The position numbers were made by a program, and so were the translations under genes. A DNA stretch of 64,000 nt from Octopus bimaculoides (Eukaryota), in NCBI RefSeq assembly GCF_001194135.2, contig NC_068990.1, forward strand, positions 17,304,022-17,368,021, read 5' to 3'. Under the pieces are notes generated by a model. That model had not been told where the DNA came from, searched no databases, and worked only from the letters and a program-made list of their open reading frames with translations. This document shows positions 42,001-54,000 of this stretch, piece after piece (the first letter of the stretch is position 1; every line of letters starts with the position of its first letter).

Positions 42001-45000
42001 TGAAAGATGAGAGAGAGAGAAAGAAAGATGAAAGATGAGAAAGGGAGAGAGAGAGAAAGAAAGATGATGAAGAGAGAGAAAGAGAGATGAAAGATGAGAT
42101 AGTTGAAAGAGATGCAAGAAAGCGCAAAAGAGAGAGAGAGAGAGGAAGAATTCTTTTAAAGAATTTGTCATTGATATTCATGTTTATCACAATGACAACA
42201 ACTTTTAACTCAATAATGCCCATTTATAAAGAAATCCCACCACCACCACCAGGGGTTCTTCTTCCTCACTTGTAGAAATCCCAAGCTCCCTCCCCACATA
42301 TGGACCACATATGTTAGGTTAATAAGTTCGTTTTTGCAACAACATGATTTTCACTGATTTCAATCCAACTGCATGGAACCTTATGAAAGGGTCTTCTACT
42401 AATGACAGCCTTGGAGGTGACCAAAGCCTTGTTAGTGAGATTTCATAGACAGAAACCAGGAGGAAGCCCACCAGAACATCTGCACTTGATTTAGGGTGGC
42501 ACATTTATTACATGACAACAGGTGACTTAGTAATTAGGATGTTGCACTGACAATTGCAAGATCATGGTTTCAATTCCTTGACTGGGTGGTTAGTTATGTT
42601 CTTGAGCAAAGCATTACATTTTACATTGCTTCAAGCCACTTAGCTGCAATGGACTGGCATCCCATTTAGTGGGGGTAGGGGATCTCAGTCCCTTAAATGC
42701 CAAAGAGACCAGGTAACCTGCCCCATGAGTTCTAGGACTTGAGAAAACAACGTCCAGGGCTTACCTTTACCTTTTTACAGTTAAGACATTGTCCAGTTTA
42801 ACCATTTAGCATTGTTCTGGTCCAAGTCTTCTACTAGTTTTGCATTCAAAATGGCTAGATTTGGCCTCTCACGCCTACCCTACAATGTCATTCTAAATAT
42901 AAACATTCACATCATCAAAATCTCAAAGATATGAGATAATATACCATTAATTCAAAACGATGTGAATAAATAAGCTCTACATGTGACAGGGAAATCTGAA
43001 TGCTAAAAAGTTACTATCACTATCTAGCCATTGCATTTTTGAAAGCATTCAGATCCAGTCTCCAGTCAGCGGACACCTTCCTCTTATCAGTCCTGGAAAC
43101 TCAAAAGGGTGCCATAATCACTACCATTCTTCATCTGACTAAGCCATTAAAAAGAAAGAAATAAGGAAATAGAAACACAACTCATACAACAGGATTTAAA
43201 AAGTAAAATCTCCAAACAGAACATTTTACTTACCAATGAAACCATCTTGGTTAATGTCACCAATACTGGTCATTGCACTACCAAAGCGACCTCCTTCTTC
43301 TTTGTCACCAAACAGTACAAGTTTCTTCTGAAGTTTCTGAAATACCAAAGGAATAATCCTTCAAGTAAGTAAATCATCAAATTCTTCTGTGAATAGAATA
43401 AAAGACTAGGTATGTGTGTGTAATCACATGTATATATATGTATATACATATACGTGTGTGTTGTGGAGGTGCAATGGCCCAGTGGTTAGGGCAGTGGACT
43501 CGTGGTCATAGGATCACGGTTTCGATTCCCAGATCGGGCGTTGTCAGTGTTTATTGAGCAAAAACACCTAAAGCTCCACGAGGCTCCGGCAGGAGATGGT
43601 GGCGAACCCTGCTGTACTCTTTCACCACAACTTTCTCTCACTCTTTCTTCCTGTTTCTGTTGTGCCTGTAATTCAAAGGGTCAGCCTTGTCACACACTGT
43701 GTCATGCTGAATATCCCTGAGAACTACGTTAAGGGTACACGTGTCTGTGGAGTGCTCAGCCACTTGCACGTTAATTTCACGAGGAGGCTGTTCCGTTGAT
43801 TGGATCAACCAGAACCCTCAATGTCGTAAGCGACGGAGTGCCAACAACAACATGTGTGTATACACATAGGAATATGTATGTAAATGTGTGTGTGTGTGTA
43901 TCAATAACCAATATGTGGGGCTGAGATGGAATAGAAGTATAGGGTCAGTGACATCACACAAACGGCCAATGGGACTCACTGGAATGAGAGGAGCAAGGGA
44001 GGTCATGTGAGTGAAAGGATAACTAGCATAGTCCTCTTTTGACTTAGGGGCCTTCTTTCAGGATGGACATGGTGGCCACATGAGGGAATTTGCTGTTTGG
44101 TGGGTAGGGCCCCTACAGATGTATCCTGGCTAGAAAGGATTGATGTTATGAGGATCTACAAGGTAGGTGAATTATGCCATACAATAACCATACAATACCA
44201 TACAATAACCAGTCCTAAAAATCTGACTGACCATGTCAGACCACGGATGATTATCACTGGCCATACAATGAGAACCGTATCATTAAACAAAAGAGACAAA
44301 TAATTACTAACCTTGCCATCACTGAGATAAACAATAACCTGTCCTTCTTCTCTAGATTGTCCTGGTTCCATGGGAGCTCCAACTAGCAAATCATCCAGAC
44401 CGTCTTTGTTGACATCTGCTACACACAGTTTCATTCCAAAATATGACCCAATCTGGCAACAAACAAAAAGTTTCTTATACATCATTTCATAACAGTTTCA
44501 TTATAAAAGTTCTCCTGTATATACAATCTCCTGTATTTTTTTCTCTCCAGACCCCATTTACCAAATACCTTGTTTTCTTGCTCATCCTTCTTTTTCGAGA
44601 AAACAGCATGTAGGAGAGTATTGTAGTTCGCTTGAAGCATTGTGTATTGTTTGTAAAAAATAGAAAGCTTTTTGAATGGTACAACAATGCACTATAATAC
44701 AACAAAAAAAAAGGACTATATACCTGTTGTAATTTGGTTATCTATAGTCTGATGATATTTCGGAATTACAATTCCTTCTTCAGATATTCTTCGATGGAGT
44801 CTCTGATAGTCCATTTTTTGTATTATAGTGCATTGTTGTACCATTCTAAACTTTTTATTCTTTAGAAACAGCATGTACTTTGAAGGACATTTAGCTGCTA
44901 TTTGAGTATCCAAGTGATGGCATGTAGCTTAGTGGTTTGGGTATTTGGCTAATGATTGTAAGGTCATGAGTTCAATACCTGACAGTGCATTGTGTCCTTG

Positions 45001-48000
45001 AGCAAGACACTTTATTTCACTTTGCTCCAGTCCACTCAGCTGGCAAAAATGAGTGGAGCCTGTATTTCAAAGGGCCAGCCTTGTCACAATCTGAGTGACA
45101 TTAAATTTCCATGAGAACTACATTAAGTGTGTACATATCTGTGGAGTACTCAGCCACTTGCATGTTAATTTCATGAGCAAGCTGTTCCGTTAGTTGGGGA
45201 TCAACTGGAACCCTTATTCCAGTGACAGTCTCTTGTTCGAGTATCCTTGTTGGCTTGACCAGTGTTGTCGAATGTTCTCTTAATACAACAGTTCTTTTGA
45301 TAACGAGGAGATTTTTAAAATCTTTCATATCATCATCATTTAATGTCCATCTTCCATGCTGACATGGCTAGACAAGACCTGGCAAGGCCAGGGACCACAC
45401 TAGGTTCCATAGTCTGTTTTAGCTTGGTTTCTACTGCTGAAAGCCCTTCCTAACACCTTTTCATGTGGCACAATCACCAGTGCTTTTCAAATGGCAGCAA
45501 CGCCAGTGCCTTTTGCATGGCACCAGTGCATTCTATGTGACACCACCACCAGTGCTTTTTACAAAGCAGCACAGCACCAGATGCTTCTTGTGTGGCATCA
45601 GAACCAACACAGGTAAGAGAAATTTCATTTGAATTCCCAGAACTTCCGAGTAAGAAATTTAGCAAGCCAGGTTGGGTAATGCCAGGCCAGAGCAACATTC
45701 AAAGTTGTCTTCGGGCATAGATGCTTGGTGTTGTTTAGCTCTGAGTCAGCAGACATATGATCAAAGGCAATCCAGTAGTGACCATCTCATCGTTTTCTTT
45801 CTAAGCATTGTAAACACTGGACTATTTAAGGCTGGTACACATTCTATCAATCACTTTTGGTCAAACCATTAAGTTACAGGGGATGTAAACTAACCAACAT
45901 TAGTTGTCAAGTGGTGGTGGAGGACAAAAACAATTACAAAGACACACACACACAGATACATGCATACATATATATATGTACATATGACATACATACATAC
46001 GTACATACATGCATACAGGCTGGGACCCCCTTCGGTCATGACTGACCATGGGATTGCACCTAGAAAGTTATCCTCCCAGGCACAAGTCCGGGCAAGGTTG
46101 TTTATGGAAGACCAGCAGTTGCCCATGCATACCGGTCTCCCCTCTCCACGCCACCAGTGTTATCCAAGGAAAAGGCAAAGGGGCCGATACAGCTTGGCAC
46201 CTGTCACGTCACAACTCATTTCTACAGCTGAGTGAATTGGAGCAATGTGAAATAAAGTGTCTTGCTCAAGAACACAACACACAGCCTGGTCCGGGATTTG
46301 AACTCACAACCTCACTGTCGTAAGCTTGACGCTCTAACCACTGAGCCATGCGCCTTCACATACATACATACACACACACATACATACATAAGACAAACTT
46401 CTTTCAGTTTTCCATCTCACAAAATCACTCACATGATGGTTTTGGTTGGCCTAGGGCTATCATAGAAGATACTTACCCAAGGTGCCATGCCATGTCATGT
46501 GATTGAACCCAGAACCTTGCAGTTAGAAAACAAACTTCTGACCACACAGCCACACCTGCACCTAGTAAGGGCAAAGTTTATTTTTATCTTTTAATGAGGA
46601 AAGAAGGCATTGCCTCTGACTTCTTACAGGGTGTTGAAGACTGGTTGGAGGGAGAGAGGAAAGTATCTTTAAACTGAAGATTTGGCCAAAATGCTTGCAG
46701 GGGAGTGGACTCTGCTAAAAGCACCCAAGATGCCATTGTGTGGTATTTATCTGGATGAGGGGTAAAGTAAGCCACAGTAGGATTTGAACTCAGAATGTAA
46801 AGAACCAGGACAAATACCACAAGGCATCTTGGTCTAACATTCTTACAGTTCTGTCAACCCACCAATCTGAGATTGGTCCCTTTTTATTGACCACAAAAGG
46901 ATAAAAAGCAAAGTTGCCCTCAACAGCATTTGATCTCAGAGTACAGAGAGATGGAATAAATACTGTGAAGTATTCTATTTGACTCTAATGATTCTCTCAA
47001 TTTACTACCTGTTCCCTGGTTGCTGTTTCTAGCAAAGTAAATGTCCACATAGAATGTCACCACAGTGGCTGCCTTGTATTAACATTAATATTTGGGGAAA
47101 CAAAAAAGCAGAAAAGGAACTCACTTCTTTCGATTCTGACTGCAAACGTTGTACAATGTGGTTATTTTTGTCTGTTATTAGCACCTGAAAAAGTAATTTT
47201 TTTTTGTTTTAAATAAAGAAAAAGGATGAATTATAATATATAAAATATGTATATTATGTCAATTCAATTTGTGTATAAACCTTGTAGTATGCTTTATAGA
47301 TAAGATACATGCATAATACATACATATATATGTATATATATATATACATACATACATACATACACATATATATAAACCATAAAAGTCAGAAGGTATGATA
47401 AGTGAATATATATATTCATTTAATCCTTGGGATTATGGCCGTTTGCAACCTCCTTCATTGTAGTTAATACTAATTTTAATGTGGAAGAAATTCTGCTTAT
47501 ACATTTGCATAAATATGTATGCTTGACATTATATAAATACAGTTGTATATTCACAAATCAATGGAAAAAAAAAGAAAGCTAGCTCATGAGATCACCAGAA
47601 CATTATGGTTACACTAATCATTAAACTCAATGTGTGTTTGTTTGTTTTACTGTTTCCTTGCCTTGACATCAGACAGTAGCTGTAAGCAAGTGCCATTGTC
47701 ATGCAAGAGGTTTTATTTGTTTCTAGTCTTCCACACAATCATGTCTGGACATGGTGAAATATTACCTTACTTGGAAACGGATGAGGGTTGGTGATGGGAA
47801 TGGCATCCAGCTACACAAAATCTGTCTGATCCATGCAAACATGGAATAGCAGATGTTTCATTTAAATATATATTACATGGATGATAATATTTTCAACCAA
47901 GACATTACGACCATATCTGATTGTTCAAGTGCTTCAATTTTGAGTATTTCTTTTATTCTTTTATTTGTTTCAGTCATTTGACTGTGGCTATGCTGGAGCA

Positions 48001-51000
48001 CTGCCTTCAGTCGAACAAATTGACCCCAGGACTTATTCTTTGTAAGTCTAGTACTTATTCTATTAGTCACTTTTGCCGAACTGCTAAGTTATGGGGACAT
48101 AAACACACCGACATTGGTTGTAAAGTAATGGTGGGAGAACAAATACAGACACACAGACATATACATATGTGCATATATATATATATATATATATATAATA
48201 ATAATAATATTAGGGACAAAATCCAAAATTACAGGTAAAAAGTCAATTAAAATCAATAGAATTTAATTTTCGATAATTTCAATTGATTTTAATCGATTTA
48301 AAAATTAGTTATGAAACACGTGTAATCATTTTATTATATTTATCTTNNNNNNNNNNNNNNNNNNNNNNNNNNNNNNNNNNNNNNNNNNNNNNNNNNNNNN
48401 NNNNNNNNNNNNNNNNNNNNNNNNNNNNNNNNNNNNNNNNNNNNNNNNNNNNNNNNNNNNNNNNNNNNNNNNNNNNNNNNNNNNNNNNNNNNNNNNNNNN
48501 NNNNNNNNNNNNNNNNNNNNNNNNNNNNNNNNNNNNNNNNNNNNNNNNNNNNNNNNNNNNNNNNNNNNNNNNNNNNNNNNNNNNNNNNNNNNNNNNATAT
48601 ATATATATATATATATATGATGGGCTTCTTTCAGTTTCTGTCTACCAAATCCACTCACAAGGATTTGGTTGGCCTGAGGTTATAGCAGAAGATACCTGCC
48701 CAAGGTACCATGCAGTGGGACTGAACCAGGGACCATGTGGTTGGTAAGCAAGCTACTTACCACATAGCCACTCCCGCACCTATGCACATATATTTACTTG
48801 ATTGCTGACATTTATTGATGGTTTCTCCCATCTTCTTTTGGACCATTTTCTATCATTAATAGAACTGTCGACATTTTCAATGGCACAAGTGTGCTAATTG
48901 CATAATATTACAGTTGTTTCATAACAATTTTACCAGCAGATCATTGCCAAAACATTTCTATATAAAATAACACATCATGTTGTTGTTGTTATTATTATTA
49001 TTATTATTATTAATAATAGACAATACGAAGGGCACAATGTAATTGCAATAGATATCTTATTGGTTTGAACACTATTTCAAAAGCATTATATATTAATGTT
49101 TCGGCAATGAAACAGTTGTAGTACTATGCAGTAAAATGTGTTGCTCAATCTATTTTTTCTTATTCATATTTCTAATGAAATACATATATGTAATTGGTGG
49201 GTTAATCTTTCTTTAGGGGTACCAATTTATTAAGCCTTCTTGCCTCATCTTGAGGCCCTTTTCTTCCCAATTCTCTTTTATTTTATGTATTTACTCTGAT
49301 GAAACTCCATGTACCAGATCGGATGTACTATAGAATATGACGAATATTATTCTCATAATTTTCCTTGGCAGTGCCAACTGACATTGGTAGCATAAATGGC
49401 TGTTAGCATTGTTAAAGTTTTGTATTAAAAAATAATAATAATCAATGGTAGTCAATTTGTTTGTTGATCAAAAATTTTCTCCATTTTTCTGCTTAAGTTT
49501 TATATATNNNNNNNNNNNNNNNNNNNNNNNNNNNNNNNNNNNNNNNNNNNNNNNNNNNNNNNNNNNNNNNNNNNNNNNNNNNNNNNNNNNNNNNNNNNNN
49601 NNNNNNNNNNNNNNNNNNNNNNNNNNNNNNNNNNCGATATTAATTAATATCAATTTAATACCAGGAAACTAGCACATTAAAAGAATCAGAAGGTTCAGAA
49701 AAATATTTTCTTCAAGCTCCTAAAAAGATTATAGTACTTGTGTATATAAGATTGACCAGTGACCGGTCTGTCAATATGCTAGAAGAAGCTCACTTAAAAA
49801 AAAAAATATATATATATATATGTCAGACTTCTTTTGGTTTCCATCTACCAAATGCATTCACAAGGCTTTAGTAGGCCCTGGGCTATAGTAGAAGACACTT
49901 GCCCATGTACTGGGATTAGACCTGACACTATAGTTGAGAGACAAATTTCTTACCACACAAGCAGGAGAAAAGAGAGGGGTAAATCCTACAAAATAAGTAA
50001 CTTACAGCTCCACTGCCATCTCGAGGTACACCCATGACATAGTATTCATATTTATCATTAAAGAATTTTCCAGAAGATACAGCATAACCTAAAAAGAAAC
50101 AAAAAGAAATGATTGATAATAATAATAATAATAGCAATAATAATAATTTTTTTCTGCCATAGGTTCATGGCAGTGCTCAACTGGTGCTTATTTTATCGAG
50201 GCCAAAAGGAGGAAAGGCAAAACTGACCTTTGCAGAATTTGGACTCAGAACGTAAAGACAGACAAAATGCCACAGAGCATTTTACTCAGCATTCTAACAA
50301 ATCTGCTGCCAGCTCACTGTTTTCTAACTCAATAAAAATGTCTGCTATCTTACAATATTCTATGTAAATATATTCATCGAAGGATTATATCTTCAAAATT
50401 TAAAATATTAAACCAGTGTATCTTGGATAAATATCCCTATAAGAGGCTTGAATATGCTCGTTGTGACAACACACACACACACACACACACGCATATATCA
50501 TCTTATTTATCCAGGACTACATTATCCAATGAGCCAATATTTTTTAAGATTGCAGGGATTAATATGAAGTAATTTTACCTGATATTTCTAGCAGGTTGCA
50601 TGGCCAAATAAATACTTTTGTTGGTTGGTTCATGTTTAGAAACTCTTATGAATATTACCCTGGTGTTCAACCATTACTGTAATTCTACTCTCCAAACACT
50701 ACAGATTTATTTTATATACCCCTACAGATTCTGTCAACCAAGACCCTTACCCACTTTTGATACCAATCCACCTGACACAACACCTGACTCTATGATTCAT
50801 GTTTGAAAGAATCTAAATCAAAACTTTCCATCAAAATTTTATGTTAATTTTCATTCCAAATATTAACTTAATAAAGACATTGTTATTTTACAAAATTCCT
50901 CATTATCTTCCAAATTAATTAAAACAAAGTAATACATTTCAAGAGAAATATTAATAACAAAAAAAGGGTTAACAGGGCTGCAACTACTACTAATAATAAT

Positions 51001-54000
51001 GACAGCAGGAGCAGCATCAGCAAGAAGGTTTTCTAAGGACTATCAAGATAAGTAAAATGGCTTCTAATTGAAGTTTCAGTCCCTACAGACGTTAAGGTAT
51101 CACTAAAAGAAATCAAGATACTATCCAAATAAAAAGATCTGGAAATAGACAACTAGAATGTAAAAATTGAAGACATAAACAATCCCTTGGATAATAAAAT
51201 GTCTTGGGTATGATAAAAATTAAAGCAGGTGAATTCATAACTGAAACCACAACATGTACAAATATCAATGGCATAGAGAAAATTGTGCTACCAGGTATAG
51301 CATACACTTTTATATTGGGTGTTTCTAATACAATGGAAGAGATAGAACTGAAGCAAAATAGTCCACTTAACATAAGAACATAGAATTGAACTTTGTTGTG
51401 CAATGAGAGCATGTAATAAGAATATGATTACTATCTTTGAGATCTTCCACTTGTTTTAGTATAGGACTGCAGCCATACTGGAGCACCACCTGGAAGGATT
51501 TTAGTCAAATGAATCAACCCTACTACTTGTTTTTAGAGCTTAGTGCTTATTCTAAGATCTCTTTTTCTGAACCACTGTGTTATAGGGATATAATCAAACC
51601 AACACACACACACACACAACAATACAGATTTCTTTCAGTTTCTGTTTACAAAATCTTTTCACAAGGCTTTAGTTGACCCTTGGCTATAGTAGAAGACACG
51701 TGGTAGGACTGAACCTGGAACTATATGATTAAGAAGCAAACTTCACCACACGGCCACATCTGCACCCACAAACTATTTATTATAAAAAACAGTTTCTGAT
51801 TTAGGTCCAAGGATAACAATTTTGAGAGGAGGGGGTAAGTTGATACCAGTATGTGACAGGTACCCCTGGAGGGGTGAAAAGTAAAATTGACTTTGGTGGA
51901 ATTTGTGCGTGTGTGTACATGTATGTCAATTAATATATATATATGCCAGCAGTGAAGGTGCATGGCTTAGTGGTTAGAGGAATTCGACTCATGATCATAA
52001 GGTCGTGAGTTCAATTCCTGGCAGTGCATTGTGTCCCTGAATAAGACACTTTATGACACATTGCTCCAGTCCACTAAGCTGGCAAAAATGGATTGTCTCT
52101 GTATTTCAAAGGGTCAGCCTTGTCACATTCTGTGTCATGCCAAATCTCTCTGTGAACTACATTAAGAATACACGTGTCTGTGGAGTGCTCAGCCACTTGC
52201 ATGTTAATTTCGTGAGCAGGTTGTTCTGTTGTTCCGGATCAACTGGAACCCTCATTGTCTTAACCAACAGAGTGCCAGGTGTATATATGTATATATATAC
52301 ATGCAAGAACAGCCTGTGCATATCACCTTCCTCCTTTTTCCCTCTCCTCCACCCACACACATCTGAACAACAAACTTTTTCCAACCACTGCTTTTCTGAA
52401 TGTCCTGAAGGGGTCTTCATCCCGAAATATAGAAATACAAGGTAAAACTGCAACTTTGTTCTGTTTTCTTTTCATTTTGTTGTTTACTTTGTACCTTCTC
52501 GCATTGTTCCAGCTTTACACAACTACATTCTTTAAAGTAATTATGTAGGTATGTGTGTGTGTGTGTGAATGTATGTTAATTACAATATGCAGATAAATAG
52601 CAGTTCTAATGTCAGGGCAGATATTTCCCCATGTGCTAGTTATTTTTATTATGCATTCCATTGTTCAAAACACTTGAAACAGAAAAAGCACAACAAAAAT
52701 ACATCAACATTAAAAGCATAAACAACCAGGCTGTGTCACCTTTTTGATACCAATCCGCCTGATTCTATGATTCTATGATGCAAACTTCCTGTTTTAAAGT
52801 CATCATCATCATCATCATCGTTTAACGTCCGCTTTCCGTGCTAGCATGGGTTGGACGATTTGACTGAGGACTGGTGAAACCAGATGGCTACACCAGGCTC
52901 CAATCTGATTTGGCATAGTTTCTACAGCTGGGTGCCCTTCCTAACGCCAACCACTCCGAGAGTGTAGTGGGTGCTTTTACGTGCCACCAACACAAAGGCC
53001 AGTCAGGCGGTACTGGCAACGATCTCGCTCGAATGTCTTTTCATGTGCCACTGGCACAAGTGCCAGGAAGGCGACGTTGGTAACGAACATGCTCAAACGG
53101 TGCTATTTACATGCCACCAGCACGGAAGCCAGACAGCTGGTGCTCTGGCAATGATCATGCTCGGACAGTGCTCTTAGTGCTCCACTGGTAGAGGTGCCAT
53201 CATGATTTTGCTTTCGGGAATTAAAATCTTCCATCAAAATTTCATATTAATTCCTTACATATTAATTCCTTAATGATAGTTATTCTATTAAATTCTTCAT
53301 TATTTTCACAATTAATTGAAATAAGAACCTATGTAAAAAGCATATGTGCCAGCACTACATACAGAGCACTCATGCCAGCACCACATAAAAGACACCTATG
53401 CTAGTGCCATGTAAGGAAGCACCTGTTCCAGTGCCATGTAAACAGCACCCATGCTGGCACTATGTAAAATTCTCCCAGTACACTCTGTAAAGTGGTTGGC
53501 ATTAGGAAGGGAATCCAGTCATAGAAACCATACCAAAACAGACAACTGGAGGCTGGTGAGGCTCTCTGGCTCACCATCTCCTGTCATACTATCCAACCAT
53601 GCCAGTGTAGAAAACAGGCATTAAATGATGATGATGATAATGATGATGGAAGGTAGTGTATTTCAACAGAAAGTTTAAGTTAACTCTGACCGAGGATACT
53701 TTGACTAAGAGTAATCCAGCCATGACTGTACCATCTGCTATTCTATTTTTCAGTCTGCTGTTTCTAGTAATCTGAATGGCCATTAAGAGGCTTTCCCATT
53801 GGTGTCAGTGTTACATGATGTTTAAAATTGCTGGAAAAAATACAGACAGGATGGTCATGGCTAGATTACATTTCATCATAGGTTGCTCATTCAGGGCTGC
53901 TGACATGGGGCTAAATAACAACAACTATTACAACAACAGCAGCAGCAGCCACCACTACCATGTATAATAGGAATGCTCTTGAATGCCCTTCTGTGGTCAT

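Noticed and set aside
41119-42223. 350-aa and 293-aa ORFs rich in S/L/F/H
   Set aside because: Read-through of the GA satellite and an N gap; only 41175-41366 is a real exon.
43470-43540. tRNA-like sequence with A and B boxes
   Set aside because: SINE head: no complete cloverleaf, and it continues into a repeat body found many times in the window.
51113-51412. 99-aa hydrophobic ORF that looks like a membrane protein
   Set aside because: The opposite strand matches a decayed RLE-LINE endonuclease; no splice context.
52400-52450. CTGAAGGGGTCTTCATCCCGAAATATAG hammerhead-like string
   Set aside because: A9 is missing and stems I and III do not pair; at most a relic.
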